In this document: positions 8,698 through 17,342 of the stretch, one piece after another | Layout of the letters: each line of letters starts with the position of its first letter | Numbering within the stretch: position 1 is the first letter of the stretch | From: Sinorhizobium meliloti | GTDB lineage: Bacteria; Pseudomonadota; Alphaproteobacteria; Rhizobiales; Rhizobiaceae | Assembly: GCF_017876815.1 (NCBI RefSeq) | Contig: NZ_JAGIOS010000001.1 | Location: forward strand, 1,200,001 to 1,232,000 | Direction: 5' to 3' | DNA length: 32,000 nt | The notes under the pieces: model-generated | What the model saw: the letters and a program-made list of their open reading frames with translations, nothing else | Database searches by the model: none | What the model was told of the DNA's origin: nothing | Translations under genes and position numbers: made by a program

Positions 8698-8817
8698 CTG
8701 CTCTCCTGCTCGCCCATCAGGACTACATGACGCAGTCGTATGACCGCATCTTCGGAAATGCCGCAGGGTATCCTCGCGGCAAATTCATCTTCGGCGGCAT
8801 CTAGAGTTTGGCGTTCA

Positions 8818-8859
8818 ACCCCCTCTGGCCTGCCGGCCATCTCCCCACAAGGGGGGAGA
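8818..8859. repeat. RIME-like repeat copy B, inverted relative to copy A
   Basis: Sequence ACCCCCTCTGGCCTGCCGGCCATCTCCCCACAAGGGGGGAGA. It is the reverse complement of the reconstructed copy A apart from one G, and contains the local hairpin CTCCCC-acaagg-GGGGAG. Confidence 0.8.
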
Positions 8860-8925
8860 CGACAAGCGGCTTGACCTCACCTCCCGAACGATGCCGCATA
8901 ATTGGAAGCGAGAGCCAGCCGGTTT
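8853..8925. repeat. second copy of the roughly 80-nt intergenic module (see 7389-7470)
   Basis: Alignment by eye to 7389-7470; boundaries are approximate. Confidence 0.45.
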
Positions 8926-8956
8926 CTCTCCGTGGCAACGGCTCCCGCCAGAGGAG

Positions 8957-8993
8957 CAGATATGTATATGCCTTAGCTTGTGGGGAGGGGTCC
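8957..8993. repeat. outer arm of an imperfect inverted repeat; partner at 7327-7364
   Basis: See 7327-7364. Confidence 0.55.
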
Positions 8994-9022
8994 TGCGGAA
9001 GGCCGCGGTAAATCTCGGCCAA

Positions 9023-11254
9023 CTAGCGCAGCAGCCTCAATGCGTTGATCGTCACCAGGACAGTCGCGCCGGTATCGGCGAGGATCGCCGGCCAGAGACC
9101 CGTCACGCCGGCGATCGTCGTCGCCAGGAACACGGCCTTGAGGCCGAGCGCGATCGCGATGTTCTGGTGAATGTTGCGCATCGTCACCCGCGACAGCTTC
9201 ACCATCGCCGCGACATCCGAAACGCGGGCATGGAGGCTGGCGGCATCGGCCGTTTCCAGCGCCACATCGGTGCCGCCGCCAACAGCGATGCCGACATCCG
9301 CCGCCGCCAGAGCCGGCGCGTCGTTGATGCCGTCGCCGACCTTCGCCACCACGAGACCCTCGGCCCTGAGCCTGCTTACGATGCGCTGTTTGTCCTCCGG
9401 CAGAAGACCGGCATGCGCCTCGATGCCTCCGAGCCGGCCGGCGATCGCCTCGGCCGTCGCCCGGTTGTCGCCGGTGAGCATCACCACGCGCAAACCCTGA
9501 TCGGCGAGCGCCCTCAGGCCCGCCGCGGCATCCGCACGCGGCTCGTCGCGCATGGCAAGCGCTCCGGCTGCCCTCCCGCCGACGACGAGCACGGAGACGG
9601 TCTTCCCCTCACCCTGCAGGGTTTCGATCCGAGCCAGGTCTTCCGCGGCCAGCGGCGCGCGCTCCCGGGCCGCCTCGGGCGAGCCGAGGAAAAGCTCGAC
9701 GCCGTCTGCGGAGGCGGCAACACCCTTGCCGCCGATGGCCCTGGCGCCTTCGACGGGAAGTAGCGCCAAGCCATCGGCTTCGGCACGCGACAGGACGGCA
9801 TGGGCCAGCGGATGGCTGGATCCCTGTTCGAGCGCAGCGGCGTAGCCGAGGATCTCCGCCTCCGATCTGCCGAAGCCGACGATGTCGGTCAGCTTCGGCC
9901 TGCCTTCGGTGAGCGTTCCGGTCTTGTCGAAGGCGACGGCTGTGATCCTGCCGAGATTTTCGAGGACGGCGCCGCCCTTGATCAGAAGACCGCGGCGTGC
10001 ACCTGCCGAAAGGCTCGCGGCGATCGCGGCCGGCGTGGAGATGACGAGGGCGCAGGGGCAACCGATCAGGAGAAGCGCGAGCCCTTTATAAATCCAATCC
10101 TGCCACAGGCCGCCGAAGAAGAGCGGCGGGATGACCGCGACCAATGCCGCGACGAGCACCACGCCCGGCGTGTAATAGCGGGAGAAGCGATCGATGAAAC
10201 GCTCCGTCGGCGCCTTCTTCTCCTGCGCCTCTTCGACAAGCCTGATGACGCGCGCGATGGTATTGTCGGCCGCCGCGGCGGTGACGCGCACCCGCAGCGC
10301 GCCGTCACCATTGACGGTTCCGGCAAAGACATTCGCGCCGGCTTCCTTCAGGACGGGCGTGCTCTCGCCGGTCACCGGCGCCTCGTCGACGCTGCTCTCG
10401 CCGGAGACGATGATGCCATCGGCCGGGAGCCGGTCGCCGGGACGGACGAGGACGATGGCGCCAGGGGCCAGGCTTTCGGCGGGAACCTCCACAGTCCTGC
10501 CGTTTTCTTCGAGGAGCGCCGATTTCGGCACGAGCGCCGTCAGCGCCTGTATGCTCGCCCGCGCCTTGCCCGCGGCAACGCCCTCCAGCAGTTCCCCGAT
10601 CAGGAAGAGGAAGACGACCATGGCCGCTTCCTCGCCGGCGCCGATGAAGACGGCACCGGCGGCCGCAATGGTCATCAGCATCTCGATCGAGAAAAGTGTG
10701 CCGGAAAGTGCTGCCATGAGCGCACGTCTTGCGATCGGCAACAGGCCGACGAGCATGGCGAGGGTGAAAATCCAGGGCTCGGTGGCGGGAACGAACTGGC
10801 CGATCGCATAGGCTGAGGCAAGGGCAACGCCACAGGCGAGCGTGAGCTTGCCTTTTGCCGTTCGCCACCATGGCAACGGCGCCGTGAAACGGGAGGACGG
10901 CTTCGTGCTTGCCGGAAGGGCGGTTGAATGCCCGTGATCGTGACTCGCTTCGCCATGCGCAGAGCCCGCGGCATGGTCGTGGCCGCAGCAGGCGTGCTCG
11001 CTCTGAGCCGGCTGCCGTTCCGCCGCAACGTCAAGCGGCGAAAGACCGTAGCCGAGGACACCGACCTTCCGCATCACCTGCGCGCCGATATCGTCGCGCG
11101 CCGCATGCCGGACGGTCATGGTGCCGGCGGCCACCGAGACATTGACGTCCTCGACCCCTGCAACCCGCCTTACGGCCGTGTCGATCTTGGCAGCGCAGGA
11201 TGCGCAATCCATCCCATCGACGCGAAATCTCGTTTCCCGAAATATGCCTGTCAT
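9023..11254 (-). CDS. heavy-metal-translocating P1B-type ATPase (Zn2+/Cd2+/Pb2+-type, ZntA/CadA-like)
   Basis: 743 aa with an N-terminal HMA domain GMDCASCAAKI and a His-rich linker HACCGHDHAAGSAHGEASHDHGHS. Also present: TGES (VTGESTPV), the transmembrane CPC motif (GCPCALVISTP), the phosphorylation site DKTGTLT and the hinge GDGINDAPAL. AAGGAG lies 7 nt upstream of ATG 11254. Confidence 0.93.
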   Translation of the reverse strand: MTGIFRETRFRVDGMDCASCAAKIDTAVRRVAGVEDVNVSVAAGTMTVRHAARDDIGAQVMRKVGVLGYGLSPLDVAAERQPAQSEHACCGHDHAAGSAHGEASHDHGHSTALPASTKPSSRFTAPLPWWRTAKGKLTLACGVALASAYAIGQFVPATEPWIFTLAMLVGLLPIARRALMAALSGTLFSIEMLMTIAAAGAVFIGAGEEAAMVVFLFLIGELLEGVAAGKARASIQALTALVPKSALLEENGRTVEVPAESLAPGAIVLVRPGDRLPADGIIVSGESSVDEAPVTGESTPVLKEAGANVFAGTVNGDGALRVRVTAAAADNTIARVIRLVEEAQEKKAPTERFIDRFSRYYTPGVVLVAALVAVIPPLFFGGLWQDWIYKGLALLLIGCPCALVISTPAAIAASLSAGARRGLLIKGGAVLENLGRITAVAFDKTGTLTEGRPKLTDIVGFGRSEAEILGYAAALEQGSSHPLAHAVLSRAEADGLALLPVEGARAIGGKGVAASADGVELFLGSPEAARERAPLAAEDLARIETLQGEGKTVSVLVVGGRAAGALAMRDEPRADAAAGLRALADQGLRVVMLTGDNRATAEAIAGRLGGIEAHAGLLPEDKQRIVSRLRAEGLVVAKVGDGINDAPALAAADVGIAVGGGTDVALETADAASLHARVSDVAAMVKLSRVTMRNIHQNIAIALGLKAVFLATTIAGVTGLWPAILADTGATVLVTINALRLLR

Positions 11255-11280
11255 TCCATGCTCCTTACGAAACCGGAAGC

Positions 11281-11311
11281 AGGCTAAGTCCTCTAGCGGC
11301 TAGAGGTTCAA
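11281..11311 (-). promoter_or_regulatory. MerR-family-type promoter/operator of the metal ATPase gene
   Basis: The minus strand reads TTGAAC-ctctagccgctagaggact-TAGCCT. The -35/-10 spacer is 19 nt and is filled by the perfect dyad CCTCTAG-ccg-CTAGAGG (11290-11306). This resembles ZntR/CadR/PbrR operators of the CTCTAnAG...CTAGAG type. It lies about 26 nt upstream of the start codon. Confidence 0.6.
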
Positions 11312-11351
11312 GAGGGAAAATGTGCAGGTCAGACTTCCGACTTTGACGCGG

Positions 11352-12653
11352 TTAGCGCCTACTGCATGTTTCCTTTAATCGCTCGCGCATCGGCTGCGCC
11401 CCGTCGGTGAACAATTCCGGCATCAGATCAGCCAGGCGGACGATCTTGCCGGTACGCGAACTCTGAAGCGCCGCAATGCCGCAAAGGACCGACATGGCAC
11501 CGGCCCGCGCGCCGGCGCGCTGTCCCAGCGGATCCTTCGCATCCGGCTCGAAGAGCGTATTCCGCAGCCGGTCGTCGCCGCCATAGTGCCCGCCGGGAAA
11601 ATGCGGCACCGTGATCCGTTCCATCGCCGGCTTGCCCTTCGGAAAGTTGCGGACGAGCAGGATCTCGTCCTCGGGCGGCGTCTCCCAGGGCTGGTCCTCG
11701 TACTGGCGAAGCTCGATCCTGCCCTTCGTACCGTTGAAGGCGATGTGATGGCCTTCGATCGGCTGGAAGGTATTGAGCGAATAGGAGACGTGGACGTCGT
11801 TGCGGTAGCGGATATTCGCGACCATCGTGTCGGGGATGTCGATGTCCTCGCGGAAGACGCAGCCGTCGCGGAAATAGCTGTCGATTTCGGAAGGTTCCTC
11901 ATAGAGCGAGTCGAGAAACGGATCGGCTTCGAGATCGAGGTAGAAGTCGCACTCGCTCTTGTGAGGACAGAGCTTGCAGCGCGGCCCGCGAAACGGTCCC
12001 CTGCGGCCGTACATCTGCAGGTCGGCAAAGGCGCTGACCGCCTCCGGATCGCTGTCGAGATACCAGTTCAGGAGATCGAAATGGTGTGTCGCCTTATGCA
12101 CGAAGAGGCTGCCCGAGTGTTCCGCATAGGCGTGCCAGCGGCGGAAATAATCGGCGCCGTGGCGCGTATCGAGATACCAGTGGAAGTCGACCGAGGTGAC
12201 GCGGCCGATCTCGCCGGCATTGAGGAGTTCCTTGATGCGCGCTGCGGTCGGCGCGAAGCGGTAGTTGAAGGAAACGTCCACCCGCCGCCCGGTCCGCTTC
12301 TCCGCGTCGAGAATGCGGCGGATCTTCTCGACCGTGGTCGACATCGGCTTTTCGGTGATGACGTCGGCGCCGGACTCCAATGCGCGCACGACGATATCGT
12401 CATGCGTGTCGTCCGGCGTGCAGACGATGACGAGATCGGGGCGCGTTTCGGCAAGCATCGCATCGACATTGCCGTAAACAGGCGCATTGGTGGCGATCAT
12501 CGTGCGGGCGCGCTCGGCCCGCAGCGCGTTCGTATCGGCAATGGCGACGAGATCGACGAGGCCGCGCCAGCCGGCCAGCAGATCCCTGCCCCACATGGTT
12601 GTTCCGCGGTTGCCGGTGCCGACCAGCGCAAAGCGACGCTTGTTGTCCATCAT
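11352..12653 (-). CDS. Gfo/Idh/MocA-family oxidoreductase (long form, about 433 aa)
   Basis: N-terminal Rossmann motif RFALVGTGNRG, the EKP motif (DVITEKPM), and the family's C-terminal alpha/beta domain. An insert carries the Cys motif PRCKLCPHKSEC. The start is at tandem ATGs 12653/12650; the track start at 12665 is a TTG. Confidence 0.85.
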   Translation of the reverse strand: MMDNKRRFALVGTGNRGTTMWGRDLLAGWRGLVDLVAIADTNALRAERARTMIATNAPVYGNVDAMLAETRPDLVIVCTPDDTHDDIVVRALESGADVITEKPMSTTVEKIRRILDAEKRTGRRVDVSFNYRFAPTAARIKELLNAGEIGRVTSVDFHWYLDTRHGADYFRRWHAYAEHSGSLFVHKATHHFDLLNWYLDSDPEAVSAFADLQMYGRRGPFRGPRCKLCPHKSECDFYLDLEADPFLDSLYEEPSEIDSYFRDGCVFREDIDIPDTMVANIRYRNDVHVSYSLNTFQPIEGHHIAFNGTKGRIELRQYEDQPWETPPEDEILLVRNFPKGKPAMERITVPHFPGGHYGGDDRLRNTLFEPDAKDPLGQRAGARAGAMSVLCGIAALQSSRTGKIVRLADLMPELFTDGAQPMRERLKETCSRR

Positions 12654-12707
12654 ACCCTCACGCAATCCCTGTCATATCTTGTAGGAGAAACATCCTGCCC
12701 CAGCATA

Positions 12708-13532
12708 TCAGCAGCAATTCCGGTAGCGTTCCACGCAGGTCGCGATCACCTCGTCGGCCGGGCGCTTCCACCAGTTGTCTGCGGAGAATATCTCGACCTC
12801 CTGCGCCCCGTGGAAGCCGGCCGCCTCGATCCGGCGCCGGATGCCCTTGAGATCGATGACGCCGTCGCCCATCATGCCGCGATCCGTCAGCATGTCCTTC
12901 GTGGGCACGAGCCAATCGCAGATGTGGTGAGCGAGGATCGCCTTCATTTTGCCGGCCCGCGCGATCTGATTGGCCAGATCGGGGTCCCACCAGACGTGAT
13001 AGACGTCGATCGCCACGCCGACGCCCGGACCAAGGGTCTCGCAGATGTCGAGAGCCTGGCCGAGCGTGTTCACGCAGGCGCGGTCGGCGGCATACATCGG
13101 ATGCAGCGGCTCGATCGCAAGCGGCACGCCGGCCGCGCGCGCATGCGGCAGCACTGCCGCGATCCCTTCCACAACCATCCGGCGGGCCGCGTCGATGTTC
13201 TTCGAGCCGCCTGGCAGGCCGCCGGCGACCAGCACCAGACAGTCGGCGCCGAGCTCCGCTGCCTCGTCCACCGCGCGCCTGTTGTCATCGATCGCCTTCT
13301 CCCTGCCTGACGCGTCCGGCGCCGGAAAGAAGCCGCCGCGGCAGAGCCCGGTCAGCTTCAGCCCGTTGGCCCGGACGATACGCCCGGCCTCGCCGAGGCC
13401 GATCGCCGCCACCTGGTCGCGCCAGGGCGCGATCGCCGTGATGCCGTGCTTCAGACAGATATCCACGGCTTCGGCGAAGCCGCATTGCTCCCGGATCGTC
13501 GCCAGATTGATGGAAAGCCCCTCGACCTGCAT
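12708..13532 (-). CDS. sugar phosphate isomerase/epimerase-family protein (xylose-isomerase-like TIM barrel)
   Basis: 274 aa from MQVEGLSINLATIRE (ATG 13530-13532, GGGAGGAG upstream). The family pattern is present: GI.AI.PWRD, ...LVLV.GG, PLAIEPLHP, AIDVYHVWWDP and EVEIFS. The track's 117-codon N-terminal extension is Arg/Gly/Pro junk overlapping the upstream gene. Confidence 0.85.
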   Translation of the reverse strand: MQVEGLSINLATIREQCGFAEAVDICLKHGITAIAPWRDQVAAIGLGEAGRIVRANGLKLTGLCRGGFFPAPDASGREKAIDDNRRAVDEAAELGADCLVLVAGGLPGGSKNIDAARRMVVEGIAAVLPHARAAGVPLAIEPLHPMYAADRACVNTLGQALDICETLGPGVGVAIDVYHVWWDPDLANQIARAGKMKAILAHHICDWLVPTKDMLTDRGMMGDGVIDLKGIRRRIEAAGFHGAQEVEIFSADNWWKRPADEVIATCVERYRNCC

Positions 13533-13549
13533 ATGTTCTCCTCCCGATT

Positions 13550-14965
13550 TCAGGATACCATCGCCACCCAGTCCGGCTCGACGGATGAGCCGAGGCCGAC
13601 GGACCGCAAGACGGTGGAAAAAGTGATTTCGCCGCCCCGGATCGCCAGCCGCGCCCGCCCGGAACCGCTTTCGTAGAGATCGCCATGATGGGCGAGATAG
13701 GCGGCCTGCTCCGCCGCCGGGGCGCCGGCCATGCCGTCGACATAGTGGTGGCCGTTGCGTTCGACGTGGCCGGCGCCGACAAGCGCTGCCAGCACGAGGT
13801 CCTGCTGGAGCGCCAGGCCCGACTGCGTCGTCAGGTCCTCGGCGGACATGAAAGAGCGTGCGGCCCCGGCCTCGGCGTTCCACATCTCCACGCGAGCGCG
13901 GTTGACGAGTGCCCGGTAGAAGCCTTTGCAGGACTTCGAGGAGATGCCGGCATAACCGAGCGCGCGGGCACGGAGAAATGCGCCGATATCGCCATCGGAC
14001 TCGTCGATTTCGAGCGGCATCCGCCCGGCGACCTCCGTGACCGGCCTCGACAGCGCCTCGGCGCGAACGATCGGCTGCTCGAAGAAGAGCGCCGAGGCGC
14101 GCAATTTTTCGAGACGCGGCTCTTCGGCGATCCGGTCGAGAAGATCGGCAACGGCATCGGCATTTTCGAACTGCTCGTTGCCGTCGAGCGTCACCCTATA
14201 CGCATCGACGCGCTGGTCGAGGACCGCGGCGATGGCGAGCAGACGCCGGGTGTCCTCGGCCGGGCGGCCCGAAACCTTGATCTTGAAATAACGATGGCCA
14301 TAGGCGGCGATCACCTCTTCCAGAGTCTGCGGCAGTCCGTCCTCCAGCCGCTGCCCGGGCGCTAGATCGGCCGCCGTCAACGCGTCGGCAAGGCCGATCG
14401 TGTGGCGAACGGCCAGCCTCGGGCCAGGTTCGAGGCGCGAAAGGAACCGCGCAAGGTCGAAGCCTTCCAGATCGGGCGCGGTGGCGCCGGTGATGCCCGG
14501 CAGGTTGGCTCTGACCGCCCCGGCGGCGCTTGCTCCGGTCATGCGGCACAGCGCATCGAGGATAGCGCGGTCAAGAAGCGCCAGGCCGTAGGAGGCGACA
14601 AGGGCTGGCAGACCATGCCCGGCTGCCGCCCGGTGGTGATCACCCTCGGCAGCCGCATGCAGGCCAAAGGGGGTCTGCGCCTGCAGCGATGTCAGTCCTT
14701 CGATCGCCAGCCGCAGGGAGGCACGAAGCTGCTCGACATTATCCTCCGGCGAAAGGCCCGGGTTCTTGTCGAACCATTTCGGCATCATCATCTCGGCCGA
14801 CCAGCCGATGGCGGACCGGCCGCGCGCATCCTCGACCCGCACCCGGACGAAGGCCTGCGGCGCGGTCGCAACGCGCGCCGATCCGAAGCGGAAGGGGAAA
14901 CGGAATTCGACCGGCCGCTCGAAAACCTCCGCTTCGGCCAGCCTGACGCGCGGGGCTTCCGTCAT
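13550..14965 (-). CDS. enolase-superfamily protein (mandelate racemase/muconate-lactonizing-enzyme-like), function unknown
   Basis: 471 aa from MTEAPRV (ATG 14963-14965). It has an ordered catalytic signature: FKIKVSG (KxK), then LDGNEQF 31 residues later, then FFEQP, EIDESD and SSKSCKG. Confidence 0.75.
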   Translation of the reverse strand: MTEAPRVRLAEAEVFERPVEFRFPFRFGSARVATAPQAFVRVRVEDARGRSAIGWSAEMMMPKWFDKNPGLSPEDNVEQLRASLRLAIEGLTSLQAQTPFGLHAAAEGDHHRAAAGHGLPALVASYGLALLDRAILDALCRMTGASAAGAVRANLPGITGATAPDLEGFDLARFLSRLEPGPRLAVRHTIGLADALTAADLAPGQRLEDGLPQTLEEVIAAYGHRYFKIKVSGRPAEDTRRLLAIAAVLDQRVDAYRVTLDGNEQFENADAVADLLDRIAEEPRLEKLRASALFFEQPIVRAEALSRPVTEVAGRMPLEIDESDGDIGAFLRARALGYAGISSKSCKGFYRALVNRARVEMWNAEAGAARSFMSAEDLTTQSGLALQQDLVLAALVGAGHVERNGHHYVDGMAGAPAAEQAAYLAHHGDLYESGSGRARLAIRGGEITFSTVLRSVGLGSSVEPDWVAMVS

Positions 14966-14975
14966 CGCAAAGGCC

Positions 14976-16139
14976 TCACTCGACGCCGTGCATGGCGAGC
15001 ACGCGCCGCATGCGCGCGGTCGCAAGCTCCGGATCGGCGAGGGCCCCGGCCTTGTCCGCCAGGCGGAAAAGCTCGGCGAGATGGACGAGCGATCGGGCGC
15101 TCTGCTGCCCTCCGATCATGACGAAATGGTCCTGTAGACCGTTCAGATAGGCGAGGAAGACGACGCCGGTCTTGTAGAAACGCGTCGGGGCCTTGAAGAT
15201 GTGGCGCGACAGCGGCACCGTCGGCTCCAGCAATTCGAAGAATTCGCCGTTCCGCCCGCTACCCAGCGCTTCCAGCGCCGCCGAAGCCACCGGCGCGATA
15301 GCGTCGAAGATGCCGAGCAGCGCGTCCGAATGCCCTTCCTCGTCGCCGGCGATGAGCTCGGCATAATTGAAGTCGTCGCCGGTATACATGCGCACGCCTT
15401 TCGGCAGTTGCCGCCGCATCACGATCTCCTTCTCCTTGGAAAGGAGCGAAATCTTGATGCCGTCGACCTTGGCGGCGTGCGCCTCGAGGACGTCGAGGCA
15501 GGTCTTCATCGCCGCCATGTGGTCGGCATTGCCCCAATAGCCTTCGAGCGCCGGATCGAACATCTCGCCGAGCCAATGGATGATCACCGGCTCCTTCACC
15601 TGGGAGAGAACGCGGTCGTAGACGCGGATATAGTCCTCCGGGCCCTTTGCCGCGGCGGCAAGCGCCCGGCTCGCCATCAGGATGATCCGGCCTCCTTCTG
15701 CCTCGATCGCCTCGATCTGGCTCTCATAGGCCGCGAGAATATCGTCGATCGACACGTCCGGCCCCGGCGCCAGATGGTCGGTGCCGGCGCCGCAGGCGAT
15801 CAGCGCGTCCGGGCGGCCGCGCGCTTCGGCAAGCGAGCGGCGGATGAGTTCGCGCGCTTCCGGCCAGCCGAGGCCCATGCCGCGCTGGGCTGTATCCATC
15901 GACTCGGCGACGCCGAGACCGAGATCCCAGAGGCGGTGACGAAAGGCGAGCGTGCGCTCCCAGTCGATCGCCGGCGCCAGCCAGGGATCGTTGTCGGCGA
16001 GCGGGTCGGCGACCACATGGGCGGCGGCGAAGGCGACCCTGGAAAAGGCCTTGGCATCGCGGCTGTTGAACGGCACCGGCCGGCCCGTAAGGTCGTAGCG
16101 GGCAAGCCTGCCTTCGATTGGAAGATCGATGCTGACCAT
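14976..16139 (-). CDS. conserved protein of unknown function, probably DUF993 family (DHDPS-like TIM-barrel fold)
   Basis: 387 aa. The assignment rests on my recollection of DUF993 proteins, which are about 380 aa and usually encoded next to Gfo/Idh/MocA and sugar-phosphate-isomerase genes. I can cite no catalytic motif. Confidence 0.6.
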   Translation of the reverse strand: MVSIDLPIEGRLARYDLTGRPVPFNSRDAKAFSRVAFAAAHVVADPLADNDPWLAPAIDWERTLAFRHRLWDLGLGVAESMDTAQRGMGLGWPEARELIRRSLAEARGRPDALIACGAGTDHLAPGPDVSIDDILAAYESQIEAIEAEGGRIILMASRALAAAAKGPEDYIRVYDRVLSQVKEPVIIHWLGEMFDPALEGYWGNADHMAAMKTCLDVLEAHAAKVDGIKISLLSKEKEIVMRRQLPKGVRMYTGDDFNYAELIAGDEEGHSDALLGIFDAIAPVASAALEALGSGRNGEFFELLEPTVPLSRHIFKAPTRFYKTGVVFLAYLNGLQDHFVMIGGQQSARSLVHLAELFRLADKAGALADPELATARMRRVLAMHGVE

Positions 16140-16142
16140 GGC

Positions 16143-17291
16143 TCAGAGCTCCAATTCCGGAACGTCGAGCCAGCGGCGCTCCGCCCAGGATTTGAGGCCG
16201 AGTTCCGCAAGCTGCACGCCCTTGGCGCCGGCCTCGAGCCCGTGGGGCCAGGGACCGTCCTCCGCCACGTGGCGCAGGAACATTTCCCACTGCGCCTTGA
16301 AGCCGTTGTCGAAGGCCTGCGTATCCGGCACCTCGTCCCAGGTCCTGTAGAAATCGATCGTCTGCGGCTGATCGGGATTCCAGACCGGTTTCGGGGTATT
16401 GACGCGGTGCTGCGTCCAGCACTTCGTGAGCCCGGCGACAGCGGAACCATGGGTTCCGTCGACCTGAAACGTCACCAGATCGTCGCGCCGCACGCGCACC
16501 GCCCAGGAGGAATTGATATGCGCGACGATGCCGCCCTCGAGTTCGAAGGTGGCGTAGGCCGCGTCGTCGGTGTCGCAGTCGTAGGCGCGACCCTGTTCGT
16601 CGATGCGGCTTGGGATATGGGTCGCGCCGAGGCAGGAGACCGCCTTCACTTCCCCGAAGAGATTGTCGAGCACGTAGCGCCAGTGGCAGAGCATGTCGAG
16701 GATGATGCCGCCGCCGTCCTTTTTCCGGTAGTTCCATGAGGGCCGCTGGGCCGGAACGCCCCAATCGCCTTCGAACACCCAGTAGCCGAACTCGCCACGC
16801 ACCGAGAGGATCTTGCCGAAGAAGCCTGAATCCCTCAGCAGGGCCAGTTTGCGAAGGCCGGGCAGGAACAGCTTGTCCTGAACGACCCCATGCTTGAGCC
16901 CGGAGGCGCGCGCCTTCCGCGCCAGTTTGACCGCCGTCCTCAGATCATCGGAGATCGGCTTCTCGCAATAGACGTGCTTGCCGGCGTCGAGCGCGCGGCC
17001 GATGAGCTCGGCACGCATCAGCGTCGTGCCGGCATCGAAGAAGATCTGGTCGTTCGGATCGGCAAGCGCCGCGTCGAGATCGGTCGACCAGCGGGCAATA
17101 TCATGGCGCTTGGCCAATTGCTCCATCTTGTCGCGATTGCGGCCGACGATGATCGGATCGATCTCCAGCCTTTCGCCCGACTGGAGCGTGATCCCGCCCC
17201 GATCACGGATGGCCAGGATCGAACGCACCAGGTGCTGGTTGTATCCCATGCGGCCGGTGACACCGTGCAATATTATACCCAAACGCGGCAT
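16143..17291 (-). CDS. Gfo/Idh/MocA-family oxidoreductase
   Basis: 382 aa from MPRLGIILHGVTGRMG (ATG 17289-17291, GGGAGGAA upstream). It has the EKP motif (HVYCEKPI) and a typical C-terminal domain. First gene of the five-gene minus-strand operon. Confidence 0.87.
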   Translation of the reverse strand: MPRLGIILHGVTGRMGYNQHLVRSILAIRDRGGITLQSGERLEIDPIIVGRNRDKMEQLAKRHDIARWSTDLDAALADPNDQIFFDAGTTLMRAELIGRALDAGKHVYCEKPISDDLRTAVKLARKARASGLKHGVVQDKLFLPGLRKLALLRDSGFFGKILSVRGEFGYWVFEGDWGVPAQRPSWNYRKKDGGGIILDMLCHWRYVLDNLFGEVKAVSCLGATHIPSRIDEQGRAYDCDTDDAAYATFELEGGIVAHINSSWAVRVRRDDLVTFQVDGTHGSAVAGLTKCWTQHRVNTPKPVWNPDQPQTIDFYRTWDEVPDTQAFDNGFKAQWEMFLRHVAEDGPWPHGLEAGAKGVQLAELGLKSWAERRWLDVPELEL

Positions 17292-17342
17292 GCCGTTCCT
17301 CCCTGAGAGGCCCGTGAGGGGAAGAACCAGCCCTCCCAAGCC

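Noticed and set aside
7407-8804. 465-aa plus-strand ORF spanning the IS, and the 154-aa minus-strand ORF at 7223-7687
   Set aside because: The first is antisense to the ISAs1 transposase. Both cross the IS boundary defined by the terminal repeats and the target duplication, which a real gene would not do.
8661-8859. Possible CRISPR array suggested by repeated GC-rich units of about 40 nt
   Set aside because: There are only two copies and they are inverted rather than direct. There is no regular repeat-spacer periodicity and no cas genes in the window.
8643-9022. Small ORFs in the repeat mosaic (8643-8840 minus, 8801-9022 minus, 8808-9011 plus) containing PLVGRWPAGQRG-like peptides
   Set aside because: They are read-through translations of the GC-rich palindromic repeat units. 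The same DNA is open in several frames and on both strands, and there are no SD sequences. This is a known artefact class in rhizobial annotations.
12708-17339. N-terminal extensions of track ORFs (13883 for the TIM-barrel gene, 15025 for the enolase-like gene, 17339 for the oxidoreductase; likewise 3265, 3483 and 4563 in the nucleoside operon)
   Set aside because: The extensions overlap the upstream gene, are Arg/Gly/Pro-rich and lack homology. Internal ATGs with good SD sequences coincide with where family similarity starts.
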